Source of the DNA: an uncultured Acidobacteriota bacterium
Lineage (GTDB): Bacteria > Acidobacteriota > Thermoanaerobaculia > UBA5066
DNA length: 64,000 bases
Reading direction: 5' to 3'
Assembly (NCBI GenBank): GCA_963779415.1
Contig: CAVZYA010000001.1
Location: forward strand, 1,440,001-1,504,000
Each line of letters starts with the position of its first letter. Position 1 is the stretch's first letter. Both the position numbers and the translations under genes were made by a program. Under the pieces are notes generated by a model. It ran no database searches. It was not told where the DNA came from and saw only the letters and a program-made list of their open reading frames with translations. Positions 41,450-51,244 of this stretch are shown piece by piece.

Positions 41450-41829
41450 TCAGCGTCCGTCCACGATCAGCCAGAGCCAGTTCGCGGCGAGGACGAGAAT
41501 CACGGCCGCGCGCGCCCAGCCCGGGATCCGCTCGGGCTCGCGCACGCCGCGCCCGGCGAGCGCGATCGCTCCCGCGACGAGTCCCCCCCGACGAGAAGGA
41601 CGAACGCGGCCGCGACGAGCGGGTTCGCGTGGAAGGCGCCGGCAAGGTCGCCCGAGAGAAGCGCGAGCGCGGCGCGCGTCCCGCCGCAGGTGGGACAGGG
41701 AATACCGGTGATCTCGCGGAAGAAGCAGGAAGGAAGCCGCGTGGCCGCGCCCGGGGCGAAAGGGGAGACGGCGACGAGCGCGAGCGCCGCCGCCCCCCAG
41801 AAGAAGCCGAGCTGGCGCTCGCGGCGCAC
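41450..41829 (-). CDS. DUF2752 membrane protein; frameshift in G-run near 41585
   Basis: 'CFFREITGIPCPTCGGTRA...AFHANPL'; the C-terminus '..VLAANWLWLIVDGR' is in another frame. Confidence 0.82.
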
Positions 41830-41852
41830 CGTCGTCGAACCCCGCTCCCTCT

Positions 41853-42599
41853 TCAGCGCATCCTGCCGAAGGCGCTCATCAGGGCCGCGCCGCCGAGGAC
41901 GATTCCGATCAGCGCGCAACCGCAGCAGAGAATGACCGGGATCAGGAGGGCGGCGAGCGCCTTTCCCGGCGTCGTCCGGTGGAGCCGTTCGATCCCCATG
42001 ACGTAGAGGACGGAGACCCAGACCAGGGCGATCAGCCCTCCGACGAGCGGGACGATCTGCGCGAGCTGGGCCACCCACGAGTAGCCGACGACGCGGACCG
42101 TTCCCTCGAAGCCGGCGTTCGAGTTCGAGAGCCCCCCGACGATCATGACGCAGAGGTGCATGACCGCCGCGCCGATGAAGAGGCCGCAGACGACGAAGAG
42201 CGGCGCGACGAGGATCTGGACCACGATCATTCCGACGGACCTCGCCGCGAACCCCGAGACCATCGCGCGCATCTCCGGAGGCAGGAAGCGGAGCCACGCC
42301 GCCCCGAACATCATTCCCCAGACGAGATTGAAGGCGGCTCCGACCCAGCCGACGCAGATGGCGAAGAGAAGCGGCTGTCCGTAATCCCCCTTCTCCCGCG
42401 TACGGCTCCATGCCTCCCGCGGGCTCGTCACGAAGAGACGGATCGTGTCGACGAGCGCGTCGGCGAACCCGACCTGCGGCCGCATCTCCCACGGGAGAGC
42501 GGCGGCCGGCGCCCCCGACGCGGGCGGATTCCAGCCCGGGGGTGGGGCGGACGGCGGAGGAGGCGGCGGCGGCGGGAGTTCCGGGGGGAGGCTGGACAT
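41853..42599 (-). CDS. YIP1 family membrane protein
   Basis: Pro-rich N-terminus, 'LPWE', 'GFEGTVRVVGYS', about 5 TM helices; RBS AAGGAGG. Confidence 0.85.
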   Translation of the reverse strand: MSSLPPELPPPPPPPPSAPPPGWNPPASGAPAAALPWEMRPQVGFADALVDTIRLFVTSPREAWSRTREKGDYGQPLLFAICVGWVGAAFNLVWGMMFGAAWLRFLPPEMRAMVSGFAARSVGMIVVQILVAPLFVVCGLFIGAAVMHLCVMIVGGLSNSNAGFEGTVRVVGYSWVAQLAQIVPLVGGLIALVWVSVLYVMGIERLHRTTPGKALAALLIPVILCCGCALIGIVLGGAALMSAFGRMR

Positions 42600-42709
42600 C
42601 TCTCGACCCTCCTTCTTTCGGATGCGGGATTTCCGGCCGGATTCTATCGAGGAGGCGCGGAGGCTCTGTTACGCTCGCCGGTCCGCGGGCTCCGCTGGGA
42701 GGGTGAGCC

Positions 42710-43696
42710 ATGAAGTACACGACGCTCGGCCGGACCGGCGTGACCGTCTCCCGCCTCTGCCTCGGCTGCATGAGCTACGGTTCCAGCAGCTGGCGACCCT
42801 GGATCCTCGACGGCGAGGAGGCCGCGCGCCCTTTCTTCCGCGCCGCGGCGGAGGCCGGGATCAACTTCTTCGACACGGCTGACGGCTACTCGCTCGGCCG
42901 GTCGGAGGAGATCACCGGAAAGATGCTGAAGGAGTTCACGAGGCGTGAGGAGGCCGTCCTCGCGACGAAGGTCTTCTTCCCGATGGGAAAAGGGCCAAAC
43001 ACGAAGGGGCTCTCGAAAAAGCACGTCGTCGAAGGGTGCGAGGCCAGCCTCCGGCGCCTCGGCGTCGAGACGATCGACCTCTACCAGATCCACCGTTTCG
43101 ATCCCGAGACGCCGCTCGAGGAGACCCTCGCGGCCATGGACCTTCTCGTCGCGCAGGGGAAGGTTCGCTACACCGGGGCCAGCTCTGGGCCGGCCTGGAA
43201 GCTGATGAAAGCGCTCGGCCTCTCCGATCTCCACGGCCACCCGCGCTTCGTCTCGATGCAGAACCATTACAACCTCGTCTACCGCGAAGAAGAGCGCGAG
43301 ATGCTGCCGCTCTGCGCCGAGGAGGGGATCGGCGTCATCCCCTGGTCGCCCCTCGCGCGCGGCCTCCTCGCAGGGACGCGCCCGCGCCCCGACGACCGGA
43401 CCTCGACCCCGCGGGCCGCGAGCGACGACTACGCCTGGAAGCTCTACGACCACCCCTCGGACGCCGACGTGATGGAGGCGACGCGCAAGGTCGCCGCGGC
43501 GCGCGGCGTGGAGATGGCCGAGGTGGCGCTCGCATGGCTTCTTTCCAGGCCGGTCGTCACCGCGCCGATCATCGGAGCCACGAAGCTCCCCCACCTCGAA
43601 ACGGCCCTCCGTTCGCTCGATCTCTCGCTCACCGACGACGAGATCGCCGCCCTCGAAGCCCCTTACAGGCCTCACGCCGTACGCGGGTGGCACTAG
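42710..43696 (+). CDS. Aldo/keto reductase (YajO-like)
   Basis: 'VSRLCLGCMSYG', 'FFDTADGY', 'IDLYQIHRFD', 'MQNHYNL', 'PWSPLARG'. Confidence 0.94.
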   Translation: MKYTTLGRTGVTVSRLCLGCMSYGSSSWRPWILDGEEAARPFFRAAAEAGINFFDTADGYSLGRSEEITGKMLKEFTRREEAVLATKVFFPMGKGPNTKGLSKKHVVEGCEASLRRLGVETIDLYQIHRFDPETPLEETLAAMDLLVAQGKVRYTGASSGPAWKLMKALGLSDLHGHPRFVSMQNHYNLVYREEEREMLPLCAEEGIGVIPWSPLARGLLAGTRPRPDDRTSTPRAASDDYAWKLYDHPSDADVMEATRKVAAARGVEMAEVALAWLLSRPVVTAPIIGATKLPHLETALRSLDLSLTDDEIAALEAPYRPHAVRGWH

Positions 43697-44089
43697 ATGG
43701 AAGCGACCGCACCCCTGACGCCGGAGAGGTTCCACACCCTGATGGCCGAACTCGCCTCCGCCTGGAACGTCGGCGACGCCGACCGCGCGGCCGCCCTCTT
43801 CAGCGAGGACGCCGTCTACCTCGACCCGGGCAGCCGGAAGTTCTACCGGGGACGCGCCGTTCTCCGCGACCTCTTCGAGCGGACGGCGAGGCGCTCGCCG
43901 ATGACGACCACCTGGCGCCACGTTTTCTTCGACGAGCCTTCCCAGACCGGCGCGGCCGAGTTCACCTTCAACTGGGGCGCCCACGCCTACGCCGGCGTCG
44001 CCATCGTCGTTCTCGAAGACGGCCTCGTCTCCCGCTGGCGCGAATACCAGGTCGAGTCCGACAGCGCCTTCGACGTCATCTCGGGGTAG
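43697..44089 (+). CDS. NTF2/SnoaL-like protein
   Basis: 'AWNVGDADRAAALFSEDAVY', 'DGLVSRWREYQ'. Confidence 0.85.
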   Translation: MEATAPLTPERFHTLMAELASAWNVGDADRAAALFSEDAVYLDPGSRKFYRGRAVLRDLFERTARRSPMTTTWRHVFFDEPSQTGAAEFTFNWGAHAYAGVAIVVLEDGLVSRWREYQVESDSAFDVISG

Positions 44090-44175
44090 GCGCGGAGAGA
44101 GTCGGGATGGCGCTCACGCGGCACCGGCACTTTTCTCCATGGCGGCCGAATCGTGACTAGCCAGCCGCAAGCACG

Positions 44176-44637
44176 ATGAAAACGACCTTTCTCCGCGACG
44201 CCTCGCCGGAAGACTCCTCCGACATCTCCGCCTTGCTCGCAGAACTCGGCCACCCGCTCTCTCCGGACCGGGTCGCGCAACAGCTCCGCCGGATCACCGA
44301 GCATGGAAGGGGATCCTTCGTCGTCGCGGCCCTCGTCGGCGGACGAACGGTTGGAGTTGTCTCCGGTTTCGCAACGCCCGTACTGCATCGGGAGCGTCCG
44401 GTGGGTCGCATCAGCGTCCTCGTCGTAGCCCGCTCCCACGCCCGCGAGGGGTTCGGCTCTGCTCTCCTCCGCGAGGCGGAGGAGCGTCTGCGAGCCCAGG
44501 GCTGCGTTCGCGTCGAGCTCACCAGCGCCGCTCACCGTACCGAGGCACATGAGTTCTACTGCCGCAAGGGATATCAGCAGCAAGGCCTTCGGTTTGCACG
44601 GGAGATTCGCGGAGAGAACACCGGGAGCGGCGCCTGA
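44176..44637 (+). CDS. GNAT family N-acetyltransferase
   Basis: 'LVVARSHAREGFGSALL', 'AHEFYCRKGY'. Confidence 0.88.
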   Translation: MKTTFLRDASPEDSSDISALLAELGHPLSPDRVAQQLRRITEHGRGSFVVAALVGGRTVGVVSGFATPVLHRERPVGRISVLVVARSHAREGFGSALLREAEERLRAQGCVRVELTSAAHRTEAHEFYCRKGYQQQGLRFAREIRGENTGSGA

Positions 44638-44718
44638 CCCCGAATCACCGGTGGAGGCCGCCGTTCACCGGTTCTCTTCCGGAAGCCGTTCATCTGACAA
44701 GGGGCGAGGAGGACTTCC

Positions 44719-46014
44719 ATGACTTCCGATAAGCAGCACGACCTGATCATCGTCGGGGGCGGAATCGGCGGCATCATCAGCCTCAAATATGCGAAGGATG
44801 CCGGCCTTGACGCAATCCTCCTGGAAGGAGGCAATGCTGTCGGCGGCCTCTGGCGCGATCTTCCTGCCTGGCAGGACATCCAGTTCCGCAAGGAAGACTG
44901 GACGCTCGGGGACTTGCCGATCGCGGGAGAAGACCAGGCGAGCATTCTTGCCAACATCCGCTCATGGGTGGAGCGTTTCCGGCTTGCGGAATCGATTCGG
45001 CTCGGCACCCGGGTCACCTCGGCCCGGCCGAGCAATGGTGGCTGGAAGGTGTCTGCGGGAGCGTACAGCGGCCATTCGAAGTTTCTCATCGCCGCCACCG
45101 GCGGTTACAATCGGCCCGTCGTTCCGCAAATCGAGAGAGTCCTGCCGACGTTGGTCGAGTATCACTCCTCGGCGCTCCGCGACCCGGCAGAACTCACAGG
45201 CAAGGACGTCATCGTCGTGGGGGGTGGCGCCTCGGCCTTCGACCTCCTCGATCTCGGTTTCGAACGCCAGGCTCGCAACGTCACCTGGGTCTATCGGTCG
45301 CTCAAATGGATGCGCCCCACGCTCCGCCCGAAGTATTTCGGAACGGACATGCGCGCTCTCGCGAGAATGCAGATGCTCGGCGTTCCGCTCGCCACGCAGA
45401 ATGAACGGATCAATCGGGATCTGCGCGGCCGTTACAGGAAGGCTGGTCTGGATGACCTGATGCCCGATAAGGCGTTCGACCTCGGGAACCAGCAGCTCGT
45501 CCCCGGCCGTCGCCGCATGATCCAGAACTTCGCGCGAATCGTGCGTCACCAGAGCGAGATCGTGCGCATCGAGGGAAACACGGTGCGGCTCTCTTCCGGA
45601 CACTCATGCAATACCGATCTGTTGCTCTGGGGCACCGGATACCAGACGGACCTGAGCTACCTGGAGGTGGGAAACCTGTCGCGACTCACGCGACTCGACG
45701 CAATCGGCCGGCGCTGCGGCGCGCATTTTCTTGCTTTGGATGCGCCGAACCTCTTCATTCTCGCGCCGGGAGTCCTGGAAACCAACACCTCGACCCCCTG
45801 GGCTTACGCCCACGCCGCGAAATCGATCATGTCTCATATCCGTGGCAACGCCGTATTCGATTCGGTGCCGGTCGACACCAACCCAAACTACTTCGAGCTG
45901 GCTCGCTTTCTCGCGAAGCGGGACCGCGCCAACTATCCTGCCCTGCTCTGGTATCTGAAGTATCTTGGCCTGGCGTTCCGCCAACCAGATGATCGACCAA
46001 TGCCAATTCCCTGA
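44719..46014 (+). CDS. Flavin-dependent monooxygenase (FMO/class B-like)
   Basis: 'IIVGGGIGG' FAD site, 'GGLW', 'AATG', 'YHSS', 'VVGGGASAFD' NAD(P)H site, 'WGTGY'. Confidence 0.85.
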   Translation: MTSDKQHDLIIVGGGIGGIISLKYAKDAGLDAILLEGGNAVGGLWRDLPAWQDIQFRKEDWTLGDLPIAGEDQASILANIRSWVERFRLAESIRLGTRVTSARPSNGGWKVSAGAYSGHSKFLIAATGGYNRPVVPQIERVLPTLVEYHSSALRDPAELTGKDVIVVGGGASAFDLLDLGFERQARNVTWVYRSLKWMRPTLRPKYFGTDMRALARMQMLGVPLATQNERINRDLRGRYRKAGLDDLMPDKAFDLGNQQLVPGRRRMIQNFARIVRHQSEIVRIEGNTVRLSSGHSCNTDLLLWGTGYQTDLSYLEVGNLSRLTRLDAIGRRCGAHFLALDAPNLFILAPGVLETNTSTPWAYAHAAKSIMSHIRGNAVFDSVPVDTNPNYFELARFLAKRDRANYPALLWYLKYLGLAFRQPDDRPMPIP

Positions 46015-46057
46015 GGTAAAGATCAGGCCTTCGGCCGGTCTGACAGCCATGGTCTGT

Positions 46058-46819
46058 ATGAATGATGCGGACATAGAGGTTCTCCCCACGCCGAGGGGCG
46101 CGGGGAGCTATCTCGCCGTGAACAAGCCGGCGGGGCGCGTGGTCCACGGAAAGGGAGGGCTGCTCGAAGAGCTGCGTGCCGCGACGGGCGAGGAGCTCGC
46201 GCTCGTCCACCGTCTCGACCGCGAGACCTCGGGGGTGCTGCTTTTCGCGAGAGACTCCGCCGCTCTCCGCGCCGCCCACACAGCGTGGGTCCGCGACGTC
46301 ACGAAGGTCTACCTCGCGAGAACGCGCGGCGTGCCGTCCCCTCCCGAAGGGGTCGTGAGCGCTCCCCTCCTCGAGCACCACTCCTCGAAGCCCGAGCTGC
46401 TCCGCCGCGCGCTCAAGAGCGCTTACGGGTCTGCGCGCGCCGGACATCTTCTCGCCGGGCGCCGCGTCGGCGCGATCCCGGCGGTCCCGCCGCCGGGGCG
46501 GACGGCCGTTCACCCGGCCGGAAGGCCCGCCGCGACGGCGTACCGCGTCGTGGAGAGTCGCGGCGCCACCGCCCTCGTGGAGCTCGTCCCCGAGACCGGG
46601 CGGATGCACCAGCTGAGGGTCCATCTCGCCCATCTCGGCACGCCGCTCCTCGGCGACCGTCTCTACGACCCCGGCAGCGGTCCGGGGGCCCCGGCGCCCC
46701 TTCTTCACGCGAGCCGGCTCGTCTGGAAGAACCCGCCCGGCCGGCCCGAGGGAAGCGTCTGGATCTGGGAGGCTCCGCTCTCCGCCGCGGCCTCGCATGT
46801 TCGCCGCCAGATCGGCTAA
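46058..46819 (+). CDS. RluA family pseudouridine synthase
   Basis: 'AVNKPAG', 'VHRLDRETSG', 'TGRMHQLRVHL', 'GDRLY', 'LHA'. Start is 46049 or 46058. Confidence 0.88.
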   Translation: MNDADIEVLPTPRGAGSYLAVNKPAGRVVHGKGGLLEELRAATGEELALVHRLDRETSGVLLFARDSAALRAAHTAWVRDVTKVYLARTRGVPSPPEGVVSAPLLEHHSSKPELLRRALKSAYGSARAGHLLAGRRVGAIPAVPPPGRTAVHPAGRPAATAYRVVESRGATALVELVPETGRMHQLRVHLAHLGTPLLGDRLYDPGSGPGAPAPLLHASRLVWKNPPGRPEGSVWIWEAPLSAAASHVRRQIG

Positions 46820-46863
46820 GGTGTCGAGGAGGCCCGCGTCCGCCTGCCTCAAGGAGGTGCCCC

Positions 46864-47025
46864 GTGACGCTCTGTCCCATCGCTCTCGCCGTCACTTGCA
46901 AGAAGTGCCCCGCGTTCTCCTTCTGCCCTCTCAAGACCGTCATCGGCGACGAGAAGGCCGCCCCGCCGGCGGCGAAGAGCGCCGGCCCGTCCGGCCGCTC
47001 CGGCGCCGGCAAGAAGAGGTCCTGA
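46864..47025 (+). CDS. 53-aa Cys-rich microprotein
   Basis: Strong SD AAGGAGG, then GTG; MTLCPIALAVTCKKCPAFSFCPLKTVIGD... Confidence 0.75.
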   Translation: MTLCPIALAVTCKKCPAFSFCPLKTVIGDEKAAPPAAKSAGPSGRSGAGKKRS

Positions 47026-47091
47026 CCGGCTCTTTTTCGCGGATCTCCGTCACCGCCGCTGGCCCCGGCGACGTCCGGGGCGGAGGGTGCC

Positions 47092-47865
47092 ATGAGCTAT
47101 CAGTTCCTGAAGATCCGCATCGAGGAGAGCGTCGGGTGGATCGAGTATCACCGCCCTCCCGTCAACGCCATCGACTGGACGATGCTCCGGGAGATCCCCG
47201 TGGCTCTGGAGGCCTTTCTCCGGGACCCCGCGGTCCGGGTCGTCGTGATCGCCAGCGCGCTCGAGAGGTTCTTCTCCACCGGGGCGGACCTCCGCGTCCT
47301 CTCGGCGATGGGACCGGCGGAGTTGAAGGGGTGGGTCGAGGTCTGTCACGACATCGTCCGGCAGCTTCGTCGGGCCGAAAAGCCGATCCTCGCCGCGATC
47401 CACGGAACGGCCGTCGGCGGCGGGCTGGAAATCGTCCTGAACGGCGACGTCCGCTTCGCCGCCGCCAACGCGAGGCTCGGGCAGCCGGAGATCAACATTG
47501 CGTTCCTTCCGCCCGTGGGAACGACGCAATCCCTCCCGCGTCTTCTCGGCCGCCCGCGGGCGCTCCGCTTTCTCTACGAAGGGACGCTCGTCACGGCCGA
47601 GGAGGCCCTCGGGATGGGGCTCGTCGACTTCGTCGTCCCCCCGGAGAAGCTCCGCGGGGAGGTCCAGAAGTACGCGGCGGAGCTGGCCCGGAAGCCGGCA
47701 GAGGCTCTCGCGGCCATCCGCCGGTGCGTCACGCTGGGGCTCGATCTCCCCTACGACGAAGCTCTCGCCCTCGAGATGGAAGCGGCCGTGCACCTCGCCG
47801 GCACTCCCGACTTCTCCGAAGGGCTTCGCGCCTTCCTCGAGAAGCGGCCGCCGAAGTGGACATAG
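47092..47865 (+). CDS. Enoyl-CoA hydratase/isomerase
   Basis: 'FSTGADL', 'AVGGGLEI', 'LGQPEINI', 'EGLRAFLEKR'. Confidence 0.93.
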   Translation: MSYQFLKIRIEESVGWIEYHRPPVNAIDWTMLREIPVALEAFLRDPAVRVVVIASALERFFSTGADLRVLSAMGPAELKGWVEVCHDIVRQLRRAEKPILAAIHGTAVGGGLEIVLNGDVRFAAANARLGQPEINIAFLPPVGTTQSLPRLLGRPRALRFLYEGTLVTAEEALGMGLVDFVVPPEKLRGEVQKYAAELARKPAEALAAIRRCVTLGLDLPYDEALALEMEAAVHLAGTPDFSEGLRAFLEKRPPKWT

Positions 47866-47874
47866 GAGGGACCG

Positions 47875-48474
47875 ATGAAGCGGACATTCCCGATCCTCAT
47901 CCTCTTCGCGGCGTTTCTGGCCGGCTGCTCCTCGACGAGGTCTTCCCTTCCGCTGACCGACACCCCGCCCCCCGTCCCGTCGTCCTCGGCCGTCCTCGCC
48001 GGCCACGCCCGCGCGTTCCGATCCGTCGAGGGGGCGTGGGTCGCCGCCCCCGACTACGACTACGATTTCCTCGTCCTCGAACGGCGTTTCGCCGATCACT
48101 GGGAGGCGATCAAGGAGATCCACCGCCGTCACCCGAAGTACGACGGCCGGGCCGGCCCCCGCGATCAGACGATCTACTTCCTCGTCCGAACTTCGCCCGC
48201 GCCGGACGGAGGCCACGACCTCGTCGTGGAGAGCTCGCTGGGCAATGGCACGGGACACGAGAAGCCTGGCGGTGGTGGGCTGGCTCTGGAGCTGGACTAC
48301 GAAGGGAGGGGCTGGTTCGTTCCTTTCGATACGATTCGGATCCGGCAGGAGCGCCCCGCCGTGGAAGGACGGATCCAGGAGACCGTCGAGCTGCTGTCGA
48401 AGGGAAAAGGCCGCGAGATCCCGTTCATGAAGATGGAAGAGGAGGGCCTCGTCTACCGGCCTCTCCGTCCATAG
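47875..48474 (+). CDS. Hypothetical lipoprotein
   Basis: RBS AGGAGG; lipobox LAG-C; beta-rich sequence. Confidence 0.75.
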   Translation: MKRTFPILILFAAFLAGCSSTRSSLPLTDTPPPVPSSSAVLAGHARAFRSVEGAWVAAPDYDYDFLVLERRFADHWEAIKEIHRRHPKYDGRAGPRDQTIYFLVRTSPAPDGGHDLVVESSLGNGTGHEKPGGGGLALELDYEGRGWFVPFDTIRIRQERPAVEGRIQETVELLSKGKGREIPFMKMEEEGLVYRPLRP

Positions 48475-48562
48475 ACGATCGGCTCAGGTCCTGTCTCTGT
48501 TCGCGGGATCAGCCTGTTTCAGGGACTGATCCGTCCCCGGGCGCAATCCTCTCGGCTCTCTT

Positions 48563-48844
48563 TCAATGCCCATGCGGACGTGTCGGAATCGACGGAGCCG
48601 AGCGGGACGGAGGTGCCGGACGATAGGCATGCCGAGGCGACTGATGCGACGGCTCCGGGCGACGTTCGCCGCCGCGGGGCGGTGGTCCCACGTAATAACC
48701 CGGTCCCCAGCCGCCGTACTCGTACCCGGACGGACCGTAGGTGGCCCCGACATAGCCCCCGTCGGGTACCAGGCAGGCATACAGCACCGCGAGCAGCACG
48801 AAGCCGAGCGCGCGCACCCTCCAACGTCGAGGCACGATATTCAT
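48563..48844 (-). CDS. Small hypothetical exported/lipoprotein, Gly/Tyr- then Pro/Arg-rich
   Basis: AAGGAG RBS; ATGA overlap with the VOC gene; hydrophobic stretch ending 'LYAC'. Confidence 0.6.
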   Translation of the reverse strand: MNIVPRRWRVRALGFVLLAVLYACLVPDGGYVGATYGPSGYEYGGWGPGYYVGPPPRGGERRPEPSHQSPRHAYRPAPPSRSAPSIPTRPHGH

Positions 48845-49764
48845 TTCGGCTCCTTTCTGATCTCGGTGTCCGACCACTCCATCAACCCGAAGAGCGCTCC
48901 CGCCGGGTCGGCGACGACGGAAACGATTTCACCGTGGCGATCGACGTGCGGTTCGACAACCACACGCCCACCCAGCGCAACGGCCTTCGCGGTCGCACTT
49001 GCGGTATCGACGACCCGCACGAAGTTGAGCCAGTGGGAGTGACGGCGGGACGACTTGCTGGGGAAGGAATTGATACTCGCGCGAGCGAAGTCTTCGGTCG
49101 AAAGGATCAGGTGGTCCAGACCGTCGGCACTCGGCAGATCGAAGACGTCATAGCCGAAGAGCGCCTGGTAAAACGCCGCGTCCGTGTCCGGGTCTGCAGC
49201 GATGAGCGAGCTCCAGATCCACTCTCCCGGCGCCGCCAGGAAGTCTGCCGGGTCCCCGCTGCTGGAGGCGAGCACCGCGAAGAGAGCCCCCTCGGGATCG
49301 GCAAGAATCGCCTGCCGGCCCCGTTGCGGGTAACTCTTCGTCTCGGAGACGACCTTGCCGCCGTGCTCCAGTGCCGTCCGTTTCGCAGCCTCGACATCGC
49401 GAACGGCGATGAATGTCAGCCACGCCGGCTGCCGGTTCTTGCCGGACGGCACGGCCCGGTGGAAAAGGCCTCCGACCGGCCGGCCATCGAGAGTGGCGAC
49501 GGCGTAGTCCGTCGTACCGATAAGGGTGTCGCGGAAGGTCCAGCCGAACAGCCCTGCATAGAAAGTCTTCGCGCTGGCGAGGTCCGGCGTCACCAGATCA
49601 GCCCAGATCACCTTGCCGACGTGGTGCTCGGCGTTCGCGGGATCAACGAGCGGGGGCAGTTCAGGCGGCGCCGCCATGACTGTGGCGCCGCAAGCGGCGA
49701 AGAGGAACAACACACACAGGCCGTGCGCGAGGAACCGTCGGGCTCGATGGCAACAGATCTTCAT
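48841..49764 (-). CDS. VOC/glyoxalase family protein (two domains), exported
   Basis: 'WADLVTPD..AKTFYAGLFGW', 'LADPEGA', 'VVADPAGALFGL'; N-terminal signal. Confidence 0.88.
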   Translation of the reverse strand: MKICCHRARRFLAHGLCVLFLFAACGATVMAAPPELPPLVDPANAEHHVGKVIWADLVTPDLASAKTFYAGLFGWTFRDTLIGTTDYAVATLDGRPVGGLFHRAVPSGKNRQPAWLTFIAVRDVEAAKRTALEHGGKVVSETKSYPQRGRQAILADPEGALFAVLASSSGDPADFLAAPGEWIWSSLIAADPDTDAAFYQALFGYDVFDLPSADGLDHLILSTEDFARASINSFPSKSSRRHSHWLNFVRVVDTASATAKAVALGGRVVVEPHVDRHGEIVSVVADPAGALFGLMEWSDTEIRKEPK

Positions 49765-49986
49765 TCTCGTGCCTCCACAACAACCGTCCGCCGAACAGTC
49801 GGCCCGCTTGGACGCCGACCGCCGGGGCCACAAACAGGTCCCGCAATCGGGATGCCATGTCGCCCACCCGCCTTCGGACGCTTGCGGAAAGGCTTATGGC
49901 GGGCACGTTGTAGATTCTTCATCGCGCCCTGCATAACCTCCACCTTCGAGACACGATGTCTCCCGGGACGTCGCGAAGAATCCGGG

Positions 49987-50413
49987 CTAGCCGGCCTTCC
50001 CGAGGAAGAACGAGGCGATGAGGATGGACAGGACCGCGGTCGTGATGACGACGAACGCATGGTCCCGCTCGAGAGCGAAGAGGACGATGGAGATGGCGAC
50101 CCGGAGGATCGGCGTCAGGATCAGGATCAGGAGCCCGAGGGCGACGACGCTCTGGCCATGCCGGTCCCGGAGGCCGGCAATCACGTCCGGGAGGGCATGC
50201 GGGAAATGCCGCCCCCGGGCTCGTGAGCCGCTGGAGCGCCTCCGCCGAGCGGACGTAGGACGGGTTGTGGAGGAACATCAGCGCGAGGCCGATGAAGATG
50301 AGCGCCATGCTCAGGAGGACGCCGCTTCGAAGGAGGGTGCTGATGACCAGGTCCATCCGCCCGGGCTCGGAGCGGGGATCGATTCCGGGCGGGACCGGAT
50401 CCGTGGCGCTCAT
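49987..50413 (-). CDS. DUF1634 membrane protein; frameshift near 50205
   Basis: 'VISTLLRSGVLLS' ... 'LGLLILILTPILRV'; usual partner of TauE. Confidence 0.82.
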
Positions 50414-51244
50414 CGGAAGGCCTTCCAGATCATCTGCGCGGAGACGAAGAGAAGCACGGCGAGAAAGACGCCGCGGAGAACCCGGCTGTCGGTCCGGCCG
50501 AGGACCCGCGAGCCGGCGAACGAGCCGACCACGACGCCGAGAGCGACCGGAGCGGCGATGATCGGGTCGATGTCGCCCCGCAGAAAGTAGACTCCGGCGC
50601 TGGCCGCGGCCGTCACCCCGATCATCAGGTTGCTCGTGGCCGTGGAGATCTTGATCGGCATCCGCATGGCCACGTCCATGGCCGAGACCTTCAGCGTCCC
50701 GGAACCGAGGCCGAGGAGGCCGCTGAAGACGCCCGCCAGCCACATGATGACGAGGCCGAGCACCGTGTTCGTGACCCGGTAGGAGACCTGGCAGTCCGCG
50801 CGCTTCGTCGAAGTAGCTTCCGTGGAGCTGGAGCTGGTCGGCCCAGCGGTCGGGCGGCACGGGACCGGCCGGGACGGTCATCCGGCGGAGCATCCCGAGC
50901 GCCGACGGCGCGAGGACGAGTCCGAAGAGCAGGTAGAGCCATCGCCCGTGCAGGAGGCCGGCGAGGTAGGCCCCGGTCACGGCGCCGGCGGTGGTGCCGA
51001 GCTCCAGGAACATGGCGGCACGCAGATTCGTGAGGTGTTCGCGGACGTAGGCGGCGGCCGCGCCGCTCGACGTACCGATGACGGAGACGATGGACGCCCC
51101 GATGGCGTAGCGGATGTCGATGCCGAAGAGGAGGGTCAGGGCGGGAACGACGACGATCCCGCCGCCCAGCCCGACGAGCGAGCCGAGGAACCCTGCCGCG
51201 ACGGAAATTCCGGAAAGGGCAAACACGAATTCGAGTGGTGACAT
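50410..51244 (-). CDS. Sulfite exporter TauE/SafE family; frameshift near 50790
   Basis: 'GSLVGLGGG..VP', 'AIGASIVSVIGTS', then 'SGLLGLGSG..STATSNLMIGVTAA'. Confidence 0.88.

Noticed and set aside
38255-41935. Very long antisense ORFs (also 8666..11563, 16195..19113, 23693..26848, 52015..55020, 6817..9096)
   Set aside because: These are shadows of real genes on the opposite strand. Stops are rare at high GC3, and the translations have no recognisable motifs.
32133-44106. Shared 12-mer GAGAGAGTCGGG just after two stop codons (about 32133 and about 44095)
   Set aside because: Too short, only two copies, and no associated mobile element; probably chance.
49860-49935. Fluoride-riboswitch-like words (GCGATG...CGCCATAA) on the minus strand
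   Set aside because: The spacing and pseudoknot do not fit the family, and no fluoride-related gene follows.
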